A stretch of DNA of 64,000 nucleotides, from assembly GCA_963674945.2 (NCBI GenBank), contig CAXXWQ010000003.1, positions 640,001 through 704,000 on the forward strand, read 5' to 3'. Below the pieces are notes generated by a model. It was not told the DNA's origin, did not search any database, and worked only from the letters and a program-made list of their open reading frames with translations. Positions within the stretch are counted from its first letter, which is position 1; each line of letters starts with the position of its first letter. This DNA comes from an uncultured Desulfosarcina sp. (GTDB lineage Bacteria > Desulfobacterota > Desulfobacteria > Desulfobacterales > Desulfosarcinaceae). A program made the position numbers and the translations under genes. Shown here one piece after another: positions 31,481-41,824 of this stretch.

Positions 31481-31771
31481 TCAAACGATTAATGGCCCTT
31501 CCTGGTCAAAACTTTTTTTCGACCCCACATGCTCAATTCGCTTTCTCCAGTTGGCACCTAAAAAATAAAATCGCAGACTATCGGTGTCGGCCTCTATCTG
31601 GTCGATGAGTTTTTGCCGAAAAACGGTCCATTGTGCCGGATCAACGATGCATTCGAAAACCGAGTACTGCACTCGCTGCCCATAGTTCTTGCAAATTTTG
31701 GCCACCCTTCGTAGACGCCCAGGCCCACCCTCATCAACAGTGGAAACATCGTAACTCACCAATACCATCAT
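31481..31771 (-). CDS. cas2: CRISPR-associated endonuclease Cas2
   Basis: VLVSYDV...RLRRVAKIC...RVQYSVFEC...DSLRFY. Confidence 0.95.
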   Translation of the reverse strand: MMVLVSYDVSTVDEGGPGRLRRVAKICKNYGQRVQYSVFECIVDPAQWTVFRQKLIDQIEADTDSLRFYFLGANWRKRIEHVGSKKSFDQEGPLIV

Positions 31772-31775
31772 GGTT

Positions 31776-32807
31776 CTACCTCCAGACAAAGGGCGGATAT
31801 GCGTCCAAATCACCACGAAGATACCTTGCCAGAAGCAAGGCCTGCGTATTGAACAACAACCCTATGGTTACCCTCTCTTCTAAGAACGGATGAAAAATCT
31901 CATCCTGTTTTCGCTTCTGGTAAGTAGTCAAAACGGTTTTTCTTAGTTTGTCTCCCATCAGGACGGCACCGGTTTCCTGAATTACGAAATCCTTTTTGAC
32001 TGCCTGTCCCCGGTTGATAAGTGAAAGTACCATGCGGTCGGCAATCAACGGCCTGAACTCCTCCATCATGTCCAACGCGAGACCTGGACGACCGGGCCTG
32101 TCCCGATGTAAAAACCCCACGGCCGAGTCTAATCCAACAGATTCCAAAGCGGACCGAACATCATGGAGAAGAAGCGTATAGACAAATGACAACAGACAAT
32201 TGACCGGATCAAGAGGTGGCCGCCGATTTCGTCCTTTGAAAGAAAATCCATTGCCCTTATTGATGATAAGGTGGTCGAAAACACCAAAATAGGTCCGAGC
32301 CGCATCCCCTTCCATTCCACGAAGGGAATCGATCGGCATGTCTGCGCGAATGCTCTTGAGAATTGCCGCTATATGCCTTGATGCGTCATTAACAGGATCG
32401 GCATTCACCTTGTCTCCGTGGTCCCGTAACGTACGCTGAAGTACGCTGCGGGTATTGGCCAACTTTCCGACCAGAATGCCGTGGGCAATTCGGGCCGATG
32501 ATTTCCCGTCATCCGCTTGCCGATACTGTTCACGCCGAAGCAGCACATTGCCAGATACGGGACCCTGAACCCGTGCCAGAAATCGCCCATGTTCCGACAA
32601 AAAACTGATCGCCACATCTTGCTCGGCACAAAACCCCATGAGATAGGGGCTGCACATTACCCTGCCGAAACAGACGATGCCATCCAAGGTATGAATGGGT
32701 AGTTGCAGCTTCTTTTCACGATCAACGGAAACGACGACCGTCTCTCCCTCCTTGTTCAGATAGGCCCCTTGTGTGGTCACAAAAAGAGTATTAAGATGTT
32801 TTTTCAT
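31776..32807 (-). CDS. cas1: Type I-C Cas1
   Basis: MKKHLNTLFVTTQGAYL, LRGMEG, RNRRPPLDPVN, LALDMMEEFR. Confidence 0.96.
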   Translation of the reverse strand: MKKHLNTLFVTTQGAYLNKEGETVVVSVDREKKLQLPIHTLDGIVCFGRVMCSPYLMGFCAEQDVAISFLSEHGRFLARVQGPVSGNVLLRREQYRQADDGKSSARIAHGILVGKLANTRSVLQRTLRDHGDKVNADPVNDASRHIAAILKSIRADMPIDSLRGMEGDAARTYFGVFDHLIINKGNGFSFKGRNRRPPLDPVNCLLSFVYTLLLHDVRSALESVGLDSAVGFLHRDRPGRPGLALDMMEEFRPLIADRMVLSLINRGQAVKKDFVIQETGAVLMGDKLRKTVLTTYQKRKQDEIFHPFLEERVTIGLLFNTQALLLARYLRGDLDAYPPFVWR

Positions 32808-33448
32808 TCTCCTTCACATATCCCATCAAGGTATCGTTTAGCGGACTTTCCGACGCCTACTTTATCCGGCAAACACAACTGGAAAAACGAACAATTGGGA
32901 CAACGTTTGTCGAATACAGGCCTGGGTGTAATCCGTGCATCGAACAACGAGTAAAGCTTGATGGCCATGGATTCCGTTTCAGAACGAAGCAGTTCGTCGA
33001 AAGGGACATCCAAGCGTCTACGCGTCTTGCCATAGAACAGGGCTCCACTTTTAATCTCGTTTCCCAGCATCTCCTCCAAACAGAGAGCCTGAGCACAAAG
33101 TTGAATCTTGTCGCAGTTGTCCTTTTTCGGCCGACCTCGTTTGTATTCCACCGGAAATGGTACCCAAATCTTTTTCCCGGTCGGACTTTCTTTCCGATGA
33201 AACTCCACGACATCCGCCTTTCCAACAAGGCCCATCCGCAGTGACCGAAGGGAAACGGAAAAGGCGATACGCGTATCTTTGCGTTTTTCGCTTTTCCCCG
33301 TATCCACTCGTTCATGCATGATCCGTCCTTCGGCGGTAAACCGGTTTTCAAGCCACACCTGCTCCACATGGATCAGGGCGCATTGGCGCTCGCAGAAACA
33401 GATGTGCTGTAAGGCGGAAAGGGGCAAAAGATCCGGTTCGGCAAACAA
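32804..33448 (-). CDS. cas4: Cas4
   Basis: SALQHICFCERQ, GKADVVE, PVEYKRG, QLCAQALCLEE, CPNCSFFQLC. Confidence 0.95.
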   Translation of the reverse strand: MFAEPDLLPLSALQHICFCERQCALIHVEQVWLENRFTAEGRIMHERVDTGKSEKRKDTRIAFSVSLRSLRMGLVGKADVVEFHRKESPTGKKIWVPFPVEYKRGRPKKDNCDKIQLCAQALCLEEMLGNEIKSGALFYGKTRRRLDVPFDELLRSETESMAIKLYSLFDARITPRPVFDKRCPNCSFFQLCLPDKVGVGKSAKRYLDGICEGE

Positions 33449-33501
33449 AACTTATATTTCCATTTGATAAACTGATAAAATTAGTTTATTTTACGAAAAC
33501 C

Positions 33502-33552
33502 ATCCTCATCGAGGAGGTTAAAAAACGAAATGAACGCACCTACACTTCATAA
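33502..33552 (+). pseudogene. C-terminal relic of a RelE/HigB-like toxin
   Basis: ILIEEVKKRNERTYTS* overlaps the start of the HTH gene; no upstream coding part left. Confidence 0.6.
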
Positions 33553-33874
33553 TGTCCAAGTCATCAGTCGAGATGGAAAACCCGAATACGCCGTCGTGCC
33601 ATATATGGATTACCTACGACTTCTCGAAAAAGCCGAAGACAGCGATGCCCTCATACCCCATGAAGTCGTCGGGTTGGTCATCGAAAAAGAGTTCAACCTA
33701 CTCAAAGCCTGGCGCAAGCATCTCGGTCTGACCCAGAAAGAGGTTGCCCAACGCGCCGGTATCACCCAATCGGCCCTGTCCCAGATGGAACGTACAGCAA
33801 GCAACAACCGAACGGCTACTCTGGAGAAACTGGCCAAGGCCCTGGGGATCGAAACCGGACAGTTGGTTGACTAA
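33530..33874 (+). CDS. XRE-family HTH protein (antitoxin-like), antisense within the cas operon
   Basis: VQVISRDGKPEYAVVPY...KAWRKHLGLTQKEVAQRAGITQSALSQME; GAGGAGG RBS. Confidence 0.88.
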   Translation: MNAPTLHNVQVISRDGKPEYAVVPYMDYLRLLEKAEDSDALIPHEVVGLVIEKEFNLLKAWRKHLGLTQKEVAQRAGITQSALSQMERTASNNRTATLEKLAKALGIETGQLVD

Positions 33875-33931
33875 TAGGTTCAGCCTATCATCTATTATGT
33901 TCTTTTTCGATTACTGAGTAAGCTTTGAAAA

Positions 33932-34834
33932 TCATTTGCAAAGCCTTTGTAACGCCTCGCCTTCTAACTGATCCAGTTCTTCCAATTCAAGATGTTCCAA
34001 TTTATCCCGCAATTCATTTGATTCGTATGAACCATCTTTGTTTATTTCCAGAAGTTCGCGTAACGCCCTGTGAACTCTGGCTGAAGAGTACTGACCGCTT
34101 GGGCTGTTGTGTTTCCACCAAAGGACTTTCATGACTTCCATGCTTCCTTCGGGTCGTGCAGCGGAAACATCGTTGACGAAAAGCGTTTGTAGAGCCAATT
34201 TAATTTTCTCGGCGTCATCATCCGAAAAGGCTGTCTTGCTGGCAAGTTGTGTGTTGATAGCACCGTAAGAAACATAAATCCCCTTATCAACGCGGTGCTT
34301 CATCCCCATCGTATCCGCATTTTTTTTATCCGGTTCGTTCTCATTAGTTTCGAGATTGACGCTTTTAGTAATTTGCAGACTATCGGGTGTAATCGGGTCG
34401 ATGCTGAACGCACTCTGAATGGTTACAGGGCCCCGGATTCCAATAGAAACGCTATCGCTGCCCTCGCCTTCGTCTTTTGTTTTCTTTTTTGCCTTAAAGG
34501 CAAAGACCTGCCCAAAGGCGCGAACATCAAACCACTTTTTACATGCTTCTTCCCTTGTTTTCTCTCCCGGAATTTTGGCCGCGGCAAAACGAGAGTTCAA
34601 CGAACGATGCTCATCAACACGATTTTCATCTGACTGAACAAAAATGGATTCGCCCATATCCTGCAGACGGTTGCGGATTTTACGTTTGAGACAAACGTCC
34701 GAAATTTCACCAAAGCCGTCGTAGGTTTGGCGGGGACGGTTTCCGTTCAGCGGGTCGCCATTTGGATTCGCCCGGTTAACAGAGATAATCACCGCAAAAT
34801 CAATTTTTTTCGTGAGCACTTTATTGTCCGCCAT
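33932..34834 (-). CDS. cas7: Type I-C Cas7 (Csd2)
   Basis: ANPNGDPLNGNRPR, SDVCLKRKIRN, FDVRAFG, TMGMKH, SAARP. Confidence 0.95.
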   Translation of the reverse strand: MADNKVLTKKIDFAVIISVNRANPNGDPLNGNRPRQTYDGFGEISDVCLKRKIRNRLQDMGESIFVQSDENRVDEHRSLNSRFAAAKIPGEKTREEACKKWFDVRAFGQVFAFKAKKKTKDEGEGSDSVSIGIRGPVTIQSAFSIDPITPDSLQITKSVNLETNENEPDKKNADTMGMKHRVDKGIYVSYGAINTQLASKTAFSDDDAEKIKLALQTLFVNDVSAARPEGSMEVMKVLWWKHNSPSGQYSSARVHRALRELLEINKDGSYESNELRDKLEHLELEELDQLEGEALQRLCK

Positions 34835-34845
34835 ATGTTACCCTC

Positions 34846-35241
34846 CTATTTGTTGCAATCGGTTGATTGTTTTTTCTTTTCAGCAGCAGCCTTAACCAAA
34901 CTGTCGATGTAGGCGCGTTCATGGTAATAGCCTATTAGATACGAACCGTTCAGCGGCAAATCTTTTTCGTAATCACCCGTAGTAAACTGATTCGTCACAG
35001 CTTGAATTTCATTAAATGCAAATCCGCTTTTCACCGTTTGAATATACGGGTTTAGGCAACCGTGAATGGTTTGCCATGTCCTGAACGGACGCTGGACAAA
35101 GGCTTGCATGTGCCGAATCGCAGCGGTAACCACACGGTCATTACCTTTTATGCGGAGGGCGTACTCCTCCAATTTGTCCGCCGCACCAAGCAGTCTGCCG
35201 TAAAGGTAATCACGGTCGGTTCTGTCGAGTTCAATGCTCAA
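34846..35241 (-). CDS. cas11: Predicted Cas11c small subunit translated from an internal start in cas8c
   Basis: In-frame TTG at 35241 with GAGGAGG (35250-35256) 8 nt upstream; product (M)SIELDRTDRDYLYGRLL..., 131 aa. Confidence 0.7.
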   Translation of the reverse strand: MSIELDRTDRDYLYGRLLGAADKLEEYALRIKGNDRVVTAAIRHMQAFVQRPFRTWQTIHGCLNPYIQTVKSGFAFNEIQAVTNQFTTGDYEKDLPLNGSYLIGYYHERAYIDSLVKAAAEKKKQSTDCNK

Positions 35242-36822
35242 TTTGTAGTCCTCCTCGTTGCGTTGTTGAAAATCCTTGCGCACCAACGCACATGCCGTTG
35301 ATGCGATTTGCTCAAAACCATTACGGTCAAATTTGCCATTCCTTGTAATTGCCAACGGATTGGCGGCCCGCCGAACAGCCGCCACCACATAATCCTTAGG
35401 CAAAAACGCTCCGTCAAAAACACAGCGGAGCAACCGTTCCCGTGCCGCTTTTTTGATTTTTATATAGCTCTCATCCTTGCCGCCGCGTGGCTTGCCGTAA
35501 ACCGCCTCGGTGATTTTATCCACGGACGGCGCGCCGATATAGGGAACATATTTCTCATCAACTTTGTCCCAAAACTTTTGATGCCATTTACAGGAGCTAT
35601 GCCAGTCGGCGACCCTTTCAAGATATTCGTTTTTGTCCAGTTCCCGGTAAAAGGTGATGGACAACCGGCCGGTTGTGGCTGCGTCCAGTGCAATCACCGC
35701 CGTCTTTGCATGGTGCTTCAACGCCTGACCGTGCCCGAATCCGCCAAGGGAGTTTCTTAGCGCATCAGCATAAACAAAGCCCGTTTCGGCGCGAAGGTCG
35801 ATCCGGATGTCGCTCTCTGTTTGCACCGAATTTTTTTGCAATACGGCCCAAATACTGTTGTCTTCTATTGGCGGAGGCAGCAGTTTTTCCGTGGAACCAA
35901 TCGTGAAGGATAAAATGACCTGTTCACCGCAGTAGTATCCCCGATCATTGATAAGATACCGCAAAAATTGGTGCGCCTTCTGGGATGTCTCATACCCGAT
36001 GGAGACGGCTTCGGAGGAGTCTCTGAATTTTCCTCTAAACGTGTAATTCGTTTTGTCGTTATCAGAAACAAGCTTTGAATTTCCTGAAGCGTTGGAAATC
36101 TTTTTGGGGTGGGATGTCGCTATGAGTTGCTCCACGCCCGTAACATAGTCCAAAGCAACCTTGCTCTTCAGTTTCGTCTCTTCTGTTAATTTCTTCTTTT
36201 CAGCCAACGGCAATTTTTTCTTGCCGGCCAACTCATCTTCAGCCCGTTTTTTTCTTTCAGCCAGTTTCTCCTTTTCAGCCACATAATATTGATGCCACGC
36301 ACTGAAAAGCGTGTCGTCTTCCCAAGCTTTTGTTTGCTGCTTATTGGGTATTTCTACCTGAAAAATAATGTTCGTTTTATCTTTCAGTTTCATCTCCGAC
36401 AAATCAGAAGCGATAGTTCCTTTCGAAACATATTGATAAATGGCGTTAACCTGCTCAGTCGCAAATCCGGATTCGGTAAAACTCTTCAGTTGCGCAATGT
36501 AGGCATCATATTTCTTTCCATCTCCCTTCAAATACCCATACTGGTCAAAAACCGGATGGGGTGAAACACCGCTTGAACGCCCCAAGCTTTCTTCCGTAAC
36601 CGGAATTTTGATATTAACGAGAGGGTTTCCTGAGCCTTGGCTGGTTGGTTTTGTCTTTTTTGAAATTTTATCGGAACCAACAAATTTTCCTTCACCATCA
36701 ATAACGATGACGGCAATAATATCACTGTTGTTGGAAATGGATGTCGTCGAAAGCGGATACGTTTTTTTCAACGCATCCGAATTCTTGTCGTAACTGTCCA
36801 CTAAATGTTGCCAGAATCCCAT
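34846..36822 (-). CDS. cas8c: Type I-C Cas8c (Csd1)
   Basis: Position between cas5 and cas7; TFRGKF, SQKAH, AATTGRLSI, YLYGRLL motifs. Confidence 0.92.
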   Translation of the reverse strand: MGFWQHLVDSYDKNSDALKKTYPLSTTSISNNSDIIAVIVIDGEGKFVGSDKISKKTKPTSQGSGNPLVNIKIPVTEESLGRSSGVSPHPVFDQYGYLKGDGKKYDAYIAQLKSFTESGFATEQVNAIYQYVSKGTIASDLSEMKLKDKTNIIFQVEIPNKQQTKAWEDDTLFSAWHQYYVAEKEKLAERKKRAEDELAGKKKLPLAEKKKLTEETKLKSKVALDYVTGVEQLIATSHPKKISNASGNSKLVSDNDKTNYTFRGKFRDSSEAVSIGYETSQKAHQFLRYLINDRGYYCGEQVILSFTIGSTEKLLPPPIEDNSIWAVLQKNSVQTESDIRIDLRAETGFVYADALRNSLGGFGHGQALKHHAKTAVIALDAATTGRLSITFYRELDKNEYLERVADWHSSCKWHQKFWDKVDEKYVPYIGAPSVDKITEAVYGKPRGGKDESYIKIKKAARERLLRCVFDGAFLPKDYVVAAVRRAANPLAITRNGKFDRNGFEQIASTACALVRKDFQQRNEEDYKLSIELDRTDRDYLYGRLLGAADKLEEYALRIKGNDRVVTAAIRHMQAFVQRPFRTWQTIHGCLNPYIQTVKSGFAFNEIQAVTNQFTTGDYEKDLPLNGSYLIGYYHERAYIDSLVKAAAEKKKQSTDCNK

Positions 36823-36824
36823 GA

Positions 36825-37565
36825 TTATTCCTCCTCCAACAAATCCGCCATGGAAAAATCATCATCGATGGATAAGAAGTTCAGGCCTTTCTCGAATTCT
36901 TTTGCCGTCATCTTGCGGATAAAACGTCGCATGGAAGAATCACAATCCTTCGGTATTGGAAACTCGATGATGCCGTCTTTCATTTTTGGCCTCCACAGAC
37001 GGACCACCAGTTCATGCTTTCCGGTTTCATCGGGATAGTCATATCCGTGAAACATCACGCCAAAATCGAGTTCCCCATATTGGTCGTAAAAACCTTCGCC
37101 GTCTTCGCCGAAAACACAAGGTTCAACATAGCCCTGACACTCCCGCGTTCCGAGAAAAACATCCCGCCGTCCGCCTTTTTTGATGCTGCGTCTGGCGATG
37201 TTGTGATGCTTGTGTTCGTTGCGATCATCGAAAAGTTCTTTTCGGTGTTCGTTCCATTCGAAATGAGCAAGAACCTGATACTCCACATCCCGCAAGTAGG
37301 TGTAGTAGGAAAGGTCATTGCCACCGCTCATTTTAATCGGCTTGACCCCCTTGGACTCGGTTTGAATCTTTTTCATCACCCGAACGGCATCGATGTACCA
37401 AATAAAAGTCGGCTTCCAGTAAACGCTTTCAATAATGCCTTTGAGTGCCTGATAGGTCGGGATCTGATAGGAAAATTTCTCACCGCCTACTCTTGTGACG
37501 GGATCGGCAAACATCGCGTATCGGCCCGTAATCTTAAATTCCACTGAATTGCGTTTTTTGTCCAT
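36825..37565 (-). CDS. cas5: Type I-C Cas5 (Cas5d)
   Basis: [41 protein letters not shown]. Confidence 0.95.
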   Translation of the reverse strand: MDKKRNSVEFKITGRYAMFADPVTRVGGEKFSYQIPTYQALKGIIESVYWKPTFIWYIDAVRVMKKIQTESKGVKPIKMSGGNDLSYYTYLRDVEYQVLAHFEWNEHRKELFDDRNEHKHHNIARRSIKKGGRRDVFLGTRECQGYVEPCVFGEDGEGFYDQYGELDFGVMFHGYDYPDETGKHELVVRLWRPKMKDGIIEFPIPKDCDSSMRRFIRKMTAKEFEKGLNFLSIDDDFSMADLLEEE

Positions 37566-39120
37566 CTGACACCCCTGTTCTTAATTTACACATTCAACAA
37601 AGAAAACATCGCTTCGCGCCTTAACCCCAGCTCTTCCGCGTCGTAATAATCCGGACTCAACAAGTAAAACGTGTCATCTACGAGACCGGCCGCATGTTTG
37701 ATTTTATCCAGAGAATCTGAATAGACGGAGACCGTATATTTCTGCAATTGCTTCAAAACACGCATTTTCTCCTTCGGTTCATGACTGCGTTGGAATTCAT
37801 CCACAAGTTTCAGAGCTTCTCCATAGGGCACAACCACACCGGTCTGGACACCATCAATCACTGAAAATTCGTCTGCCGCAGTTTGAAAAGCACAAGGCAG
37901 TCCCTTGTAATCCCTGTTGTTGCGGTTCCGGTAAGCAACCGCTCCCAAAGAATTCTTGTTGAGCAAGTTATAGATCGTTGTTTTACCATCCTTTGTTTTG
38001 TAATCCATTTTGCCGACGTTTTCCCCTTTTTGCTGGTCAAAAAAGTAATACTGATAAAACAAATTGATCACCTCATCACTCAGCATATTGCCATCCCGTT
38101 TTTCACGGAATACTCTTGCCGTAACATCCTTGCCGTCCTTAATTTCCGGTAAGCGCGAAAGCTTTTCATCCTGGATATCGACGACAAAGACCGGCTGTAG
38201 TGTTGGATTCTCTTTGTTGCGGTTACAGCGTCCGGCCGCCTGGATAATGCTGTCCATACCTGCCTGAGCCCGGATCACACAGTCAAACGACACATCCACG
38301 CCCGCTTCAATCAGTTGCGTACTGACGCATAACGTCACTCGCTTTGTTTTAGGGGATAGGTTTTCCCGTAATCGCTCAAGGACATTCAAACGGTGAGCAG
38401 GACAAAGGTCGGTCGTCAAAAACGCTTTCTCACATTCAATCGACCGGCACTCTTCATACACCTTGCGGGCATCACCTTTGGTATTGAGGATAACAAGTGT
38501 GCTCTTTTCCTGTTCAATCTGTTTTTTTACCATTTCCGCGATCTGCTCGTGATCCCTTGCCGGCTGGGTTTTATTCTCAATGTAGACTCGCTCAAAAACT
38601 TCCAATTCACCCTGTGTGATACTTACAATATCCGGTTTGCCAGATAATAATACCGGACGCTCCATCTTATGAAAGTGAGGTTGTGTTGCGGTACACAGCA
38701 GGATGGTTGATCCTCCAAAGATTTGCAAAAAATTTACAGCCTCATTGAACAAATGAATGCACTTGACCGGCAAAGCCTGGATTTCGTCAAAAATCATAAC
38801 AGCTTCCGACATATTATGAAATTTTCGGAGCTTGGACGCTTTGTTGCTGTAAATTGATTCAAGAAATTGAACCATTGTGGTTAAAATAATTGGACTGTCC
38901 CAACGGGAAGTCAGCAAACGATATTGTTCGTCGGCGTCATCCTCGTGCGGCGGTTCGATGTTTGAATGATGTTCTAAAATCAACTCATCTGTTTTTCGAT
39001 ACGCTTCACATTTCTTCCGTTCTTCCTCACTTTTCTTACACTGTTTACTTTTATCACATTCCGCTAAAGCGCACCTAATTGTCGTTGCCGTTTGATCAAG
39101 AATCGACAAATAAGGTATAA

Positions 39121-40871
39121 CCTAAATTTTGCACGACGAATCATAAATAAGGAAGAAACCATCTGGGAATCCTGTTATAAAGGGAGGTGACATGCTTCCA
39201 CAATAAAAACAGGAGGTACCCAGATGGTAAAATCAAGTAAATCAAAAAGCCGTAAAAACCGCAAGAACAAAGGGTTTAAGAAAAACGCTGCCAAGGCCAG
39301 AAAAATCAACGCTTCTACGCCGCATGAGACATGCAGCGAGCAACTAAGTCCATTTGGCGGGCTTTTAGCGATGATCAAATTTTTCGATTTGATCGATTTC
39401 AAACAAATATTTAACTCCACCTATCATGCGCCTGTCCGGCAGCCAAAGCTGGGCCACTATTCGATGGTGGCAGGACTTCTGATGCTACTGTTTATAGGCT
39501 TTAACAGAATCTGGCATTTTACCTACATCCGACTCGATGCCATGCTGTGTGGATTTTTCCGACTGACAAAGTTGCCGGTGTCGAGCACCTTCTGGCGATA
39601 CCTTGACAGCTTGGGAATTAACCAAGCCCAGTCCCTTCAGAAGCTCATGAGCATTCTGCGAGAACGGGTGTGGCAACAACTGGGTTTCAATTATTACCGG
39701 ATATGCATCGATATCGACACCACCGTCGAGACGCTGTACGGCAATCAGCAAGGAGGCAGGAAAGGCCATAACACCAAAAACCGGGGAAAGAAAGGTTACC
39801 GTCCGGTGCTGTGCTTCATTGAGCAGACCCGGGAGTGTCTTATCGGAAAGCTTCGAAAAGGTGAAACACTCAGTGGCAAACAGACCGCTGCCTTTATCCT
39901 CCAGACAAAATCCCATTTACCCGGTTGTGTTCGCCAAGTCCTGCTGCGGGCCGATGGAGAGTTCCTGAGCTGGGAAAGTGTCCAGACTGCAAGACACTGC
40001 GGCTATGACTTCATCATCGCCAACAAGAGATGCGACCCGCCCTTTGATCCGAGAGGTTGGTATCGGCCCTGGAAACGCAAGGATGTTGAGTATAACAGCT
40101 GCGTCTATCAGCCCCTTGGTTGGGATACCCCGTGCCGGTTTGTGGCCATGCGTATACCGAAAGCCAAATCAACTTCAAACCAGCAAGTGCAATGCCTACT
40201 CTTTGAAGACGACAACTATACATACCGGATATTCTGCACGAACCTTTCAGGGCCGGCCCATGAGGTGGTCAGCAAGTATGATAAACGCGCTGACGTTGAA
40301 AACCTGGTGGGTGAGGCCAAACGTGAAGGGCTTGAGGCCATCCCATCAGCAAAGTTCAAAAACAATTATGCGTTCTTTCAACTTGTAGTGCTGTCGTATA
40401 ACATTTGGCGTTACATCAAGATGCTTGCCGCCATGAGCCAGGACAGAAAAAAGATGCCGCATTTAAAAACGGTGGCATCCAATACAATCCGGATCGCCAG
40501 GTTGAAGCTGCTTTTCATTGCCGCAAAAGTTGTCAAAGATCAAAACCGTGACAAGGTCAAGTTCTCCGTACACGATGCGAGAACGCCCGCGATGATCCAT
40601 TTTCTCGACTTCCTGGATCAAGCGCGATTGAAACCGAAGCCGTGGAGACAAGTGGCATGTTGAACGTCTGCGTAACTCGGGAAAATATCATGCAAGAATT
40701 TTTTTTCACGACAATTTCCTTTGTATATGGGCAGTTAAACGAAACACGTGCAAACCGTATACTTCACACTAAAGGCAACGATCATGTGTTAGAGTAGAAA
40801 ACGAACTCTTCGTCATTTTGAAAAAATTGGCCACCGTGGCCAATTAAAGCTAATTGCGTGCAAAATTCAGG
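39121..40871 (+). mobile_element. IS1380-family insertion sequence (1751 bp)
   Basis: 15-bp IRs CCTAAATTTTGCACG / reverse complement CCTGAATTTTGCACG; 5-bp direct repeat TATAA at 39116-39120 and 40872-40876. Confidence 0.9.
39224..40663 (+). CDS. IS1380-family DDE transposase
   Basis: IDIDTT, GYRPVL, LRADGEF, YDKRADVENLVGEAK. Confidence 0.88.
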   Translation: MVKSSKSKSRKNRKNKGFKKNAAKARKINASTPHETCSEQLSPFGGLLAMIKFFDLIDFKQIFNSTYHAPVRQPKLGHYSMVAGLLMLLFIGFNRIWHFTYIRLDAMLCGFFRLTKLPVSSTFWRYLDSLGINQAQSLQKLMSILRERVWQQLGFNYYRICIDIDTTVETLYGNQQGGRKGHNTKNRGKKGYRPVLCFIEQTRECLIGKLRKGETLSGKQTAAFILQTKSHLPGCVRQVLLRADGEFLSWESVQTARHCGYDFIIANKRCDPPFDPRGWYRPWKRKDVEYNSCVYQPLGWDTPCRFVAMRIPKAKSTSNQQVQCLLFEDDNYTYRIFCTNLSGPAHEVVSKYDKRADVENLVGEAKREGLEAIPSAKFKNNYAFFQLVVLSYNIWRYIKMLAAMSQDRKKMPHLKTVASNTIRIARLKLLFIAAKVVKDQNRDKVKFSVHDARTPAMIHFLDFLDQARLKPKPWRQVAC

Positions 40872-41721
40872 TATAATATAAATGATGCGTTTAAGCTTAT
40901 GCTTCTTGGCGTGTTCCAAAGCGAACCGAAAGCTCGACAATGTTTTGCCCCCACCGGTTGGAACAGACAAAGTATAAATCCCCTGATTTCGGCCGCCTTC
41001 TTGCTCGCACTGTTCCGAAATACTCTTGCGGACTTCGTCAATATCACCATCACCGGAAAAAGAACCAAGATAGTTTTCTAATTGTTGAATCAAATTTTTC
41101 CAATCCGGCACAACATTATCAATTTCCAATCCGGCGCTGTTGCATCTATCCGCATCTACAAGGCCGGAATAAACGGCTTTCGTAAGAAAATGCAGCATAA
41201 ATAACGGGTTTAAATTTTTCGTTTGGCATTTTTGGCAAAAGCCCCGAATTTCCCCCTTCAATTTGGTTTCATTGATGCTGGGACTAAAATTTTTGATCGC
41301 TTCTTCATAGTGGAGCTTATCTTCGCTTTTATTGGTCCTGACGGACAAAGTCCTTTCACCGTCGATAATATTATCAAACAAACCGCCGTGATGTGTTGCG
41401 ATGACATTGCCGATGATGTCCGCAAGCAGGTGGTCATCGATTTTTTTCTCCGCAAACTTCGCTCCTTGCAGAGCATGGATAACTTCGCCACGCTGTACTT
41501 TATCGCCCCGCAGGCTACGTTCCAGATAATCCTGAAATGCCTTTGTGTATTTCCCTAAATCATGTAGCAGACCAGCTAAATAGGCCGTATTCTCACAACT
41601 GAAAACACCAGCGAATGTTTTTGCAAGTCTTGCAACATTTGTTATATGTTCAGAAAGTTTCTGCCCTTTGCGAGCGATATAATCCATAAGGTATCTTTCG
41701 TCTGTTGCAGCGAAGGATGCA

Positions 41722-41811
41722 ATTTGGAATCAGCACCCCGAAAATTAGGGTGCTTCATCCACCAAAATGATAGTAATATTGTTTCAATCCACACCCATCG
41801 AATAGGGTGAC
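41722..41811 (-). CRISPR. Degenerate two-repeat mini-array (crRNA-like regulatory RNA candidate)
   Basis: Repeat 1 GTCACCCTATTCGATGGGTGTGGATTGAAAC (41811-41781) shares the 3' 12 nt with the array repeat; about 26-nt spacer AATATTACTATCATTTTGGTGGATGA; repeat 2 keeps a GCACCC/GGGTGC stem. Confidence 0.82.
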
Positions 41812-41824
41812 AAAAATAAATTCA

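Larger units (their letters stand above)
37586..41687 (-). pseudogene. cas3: cas3 (HD nuclease-helicase) interrupted by an IS1380-family element
   Basis: 5' part 40872-41687 has LLHDLGK and VPTGGGKT; 3' part 37586-39120 has DEIQ, CTATQP, STQLIEAGVD, QAAGRCNR; removing the IS plus one TATAA copy gives an in-frame 2346-nt ORF (junction RIIYIIPYLSILDQ). Confidence 0.93.

Noticed and set aside
37586..39109. Stand-alone cas3' helicase and cas3'' HD genes
   Set aside because: The two ORFs join in frame once the IS1380 and one target duplication are removed, so this is a disruption, not a natural split
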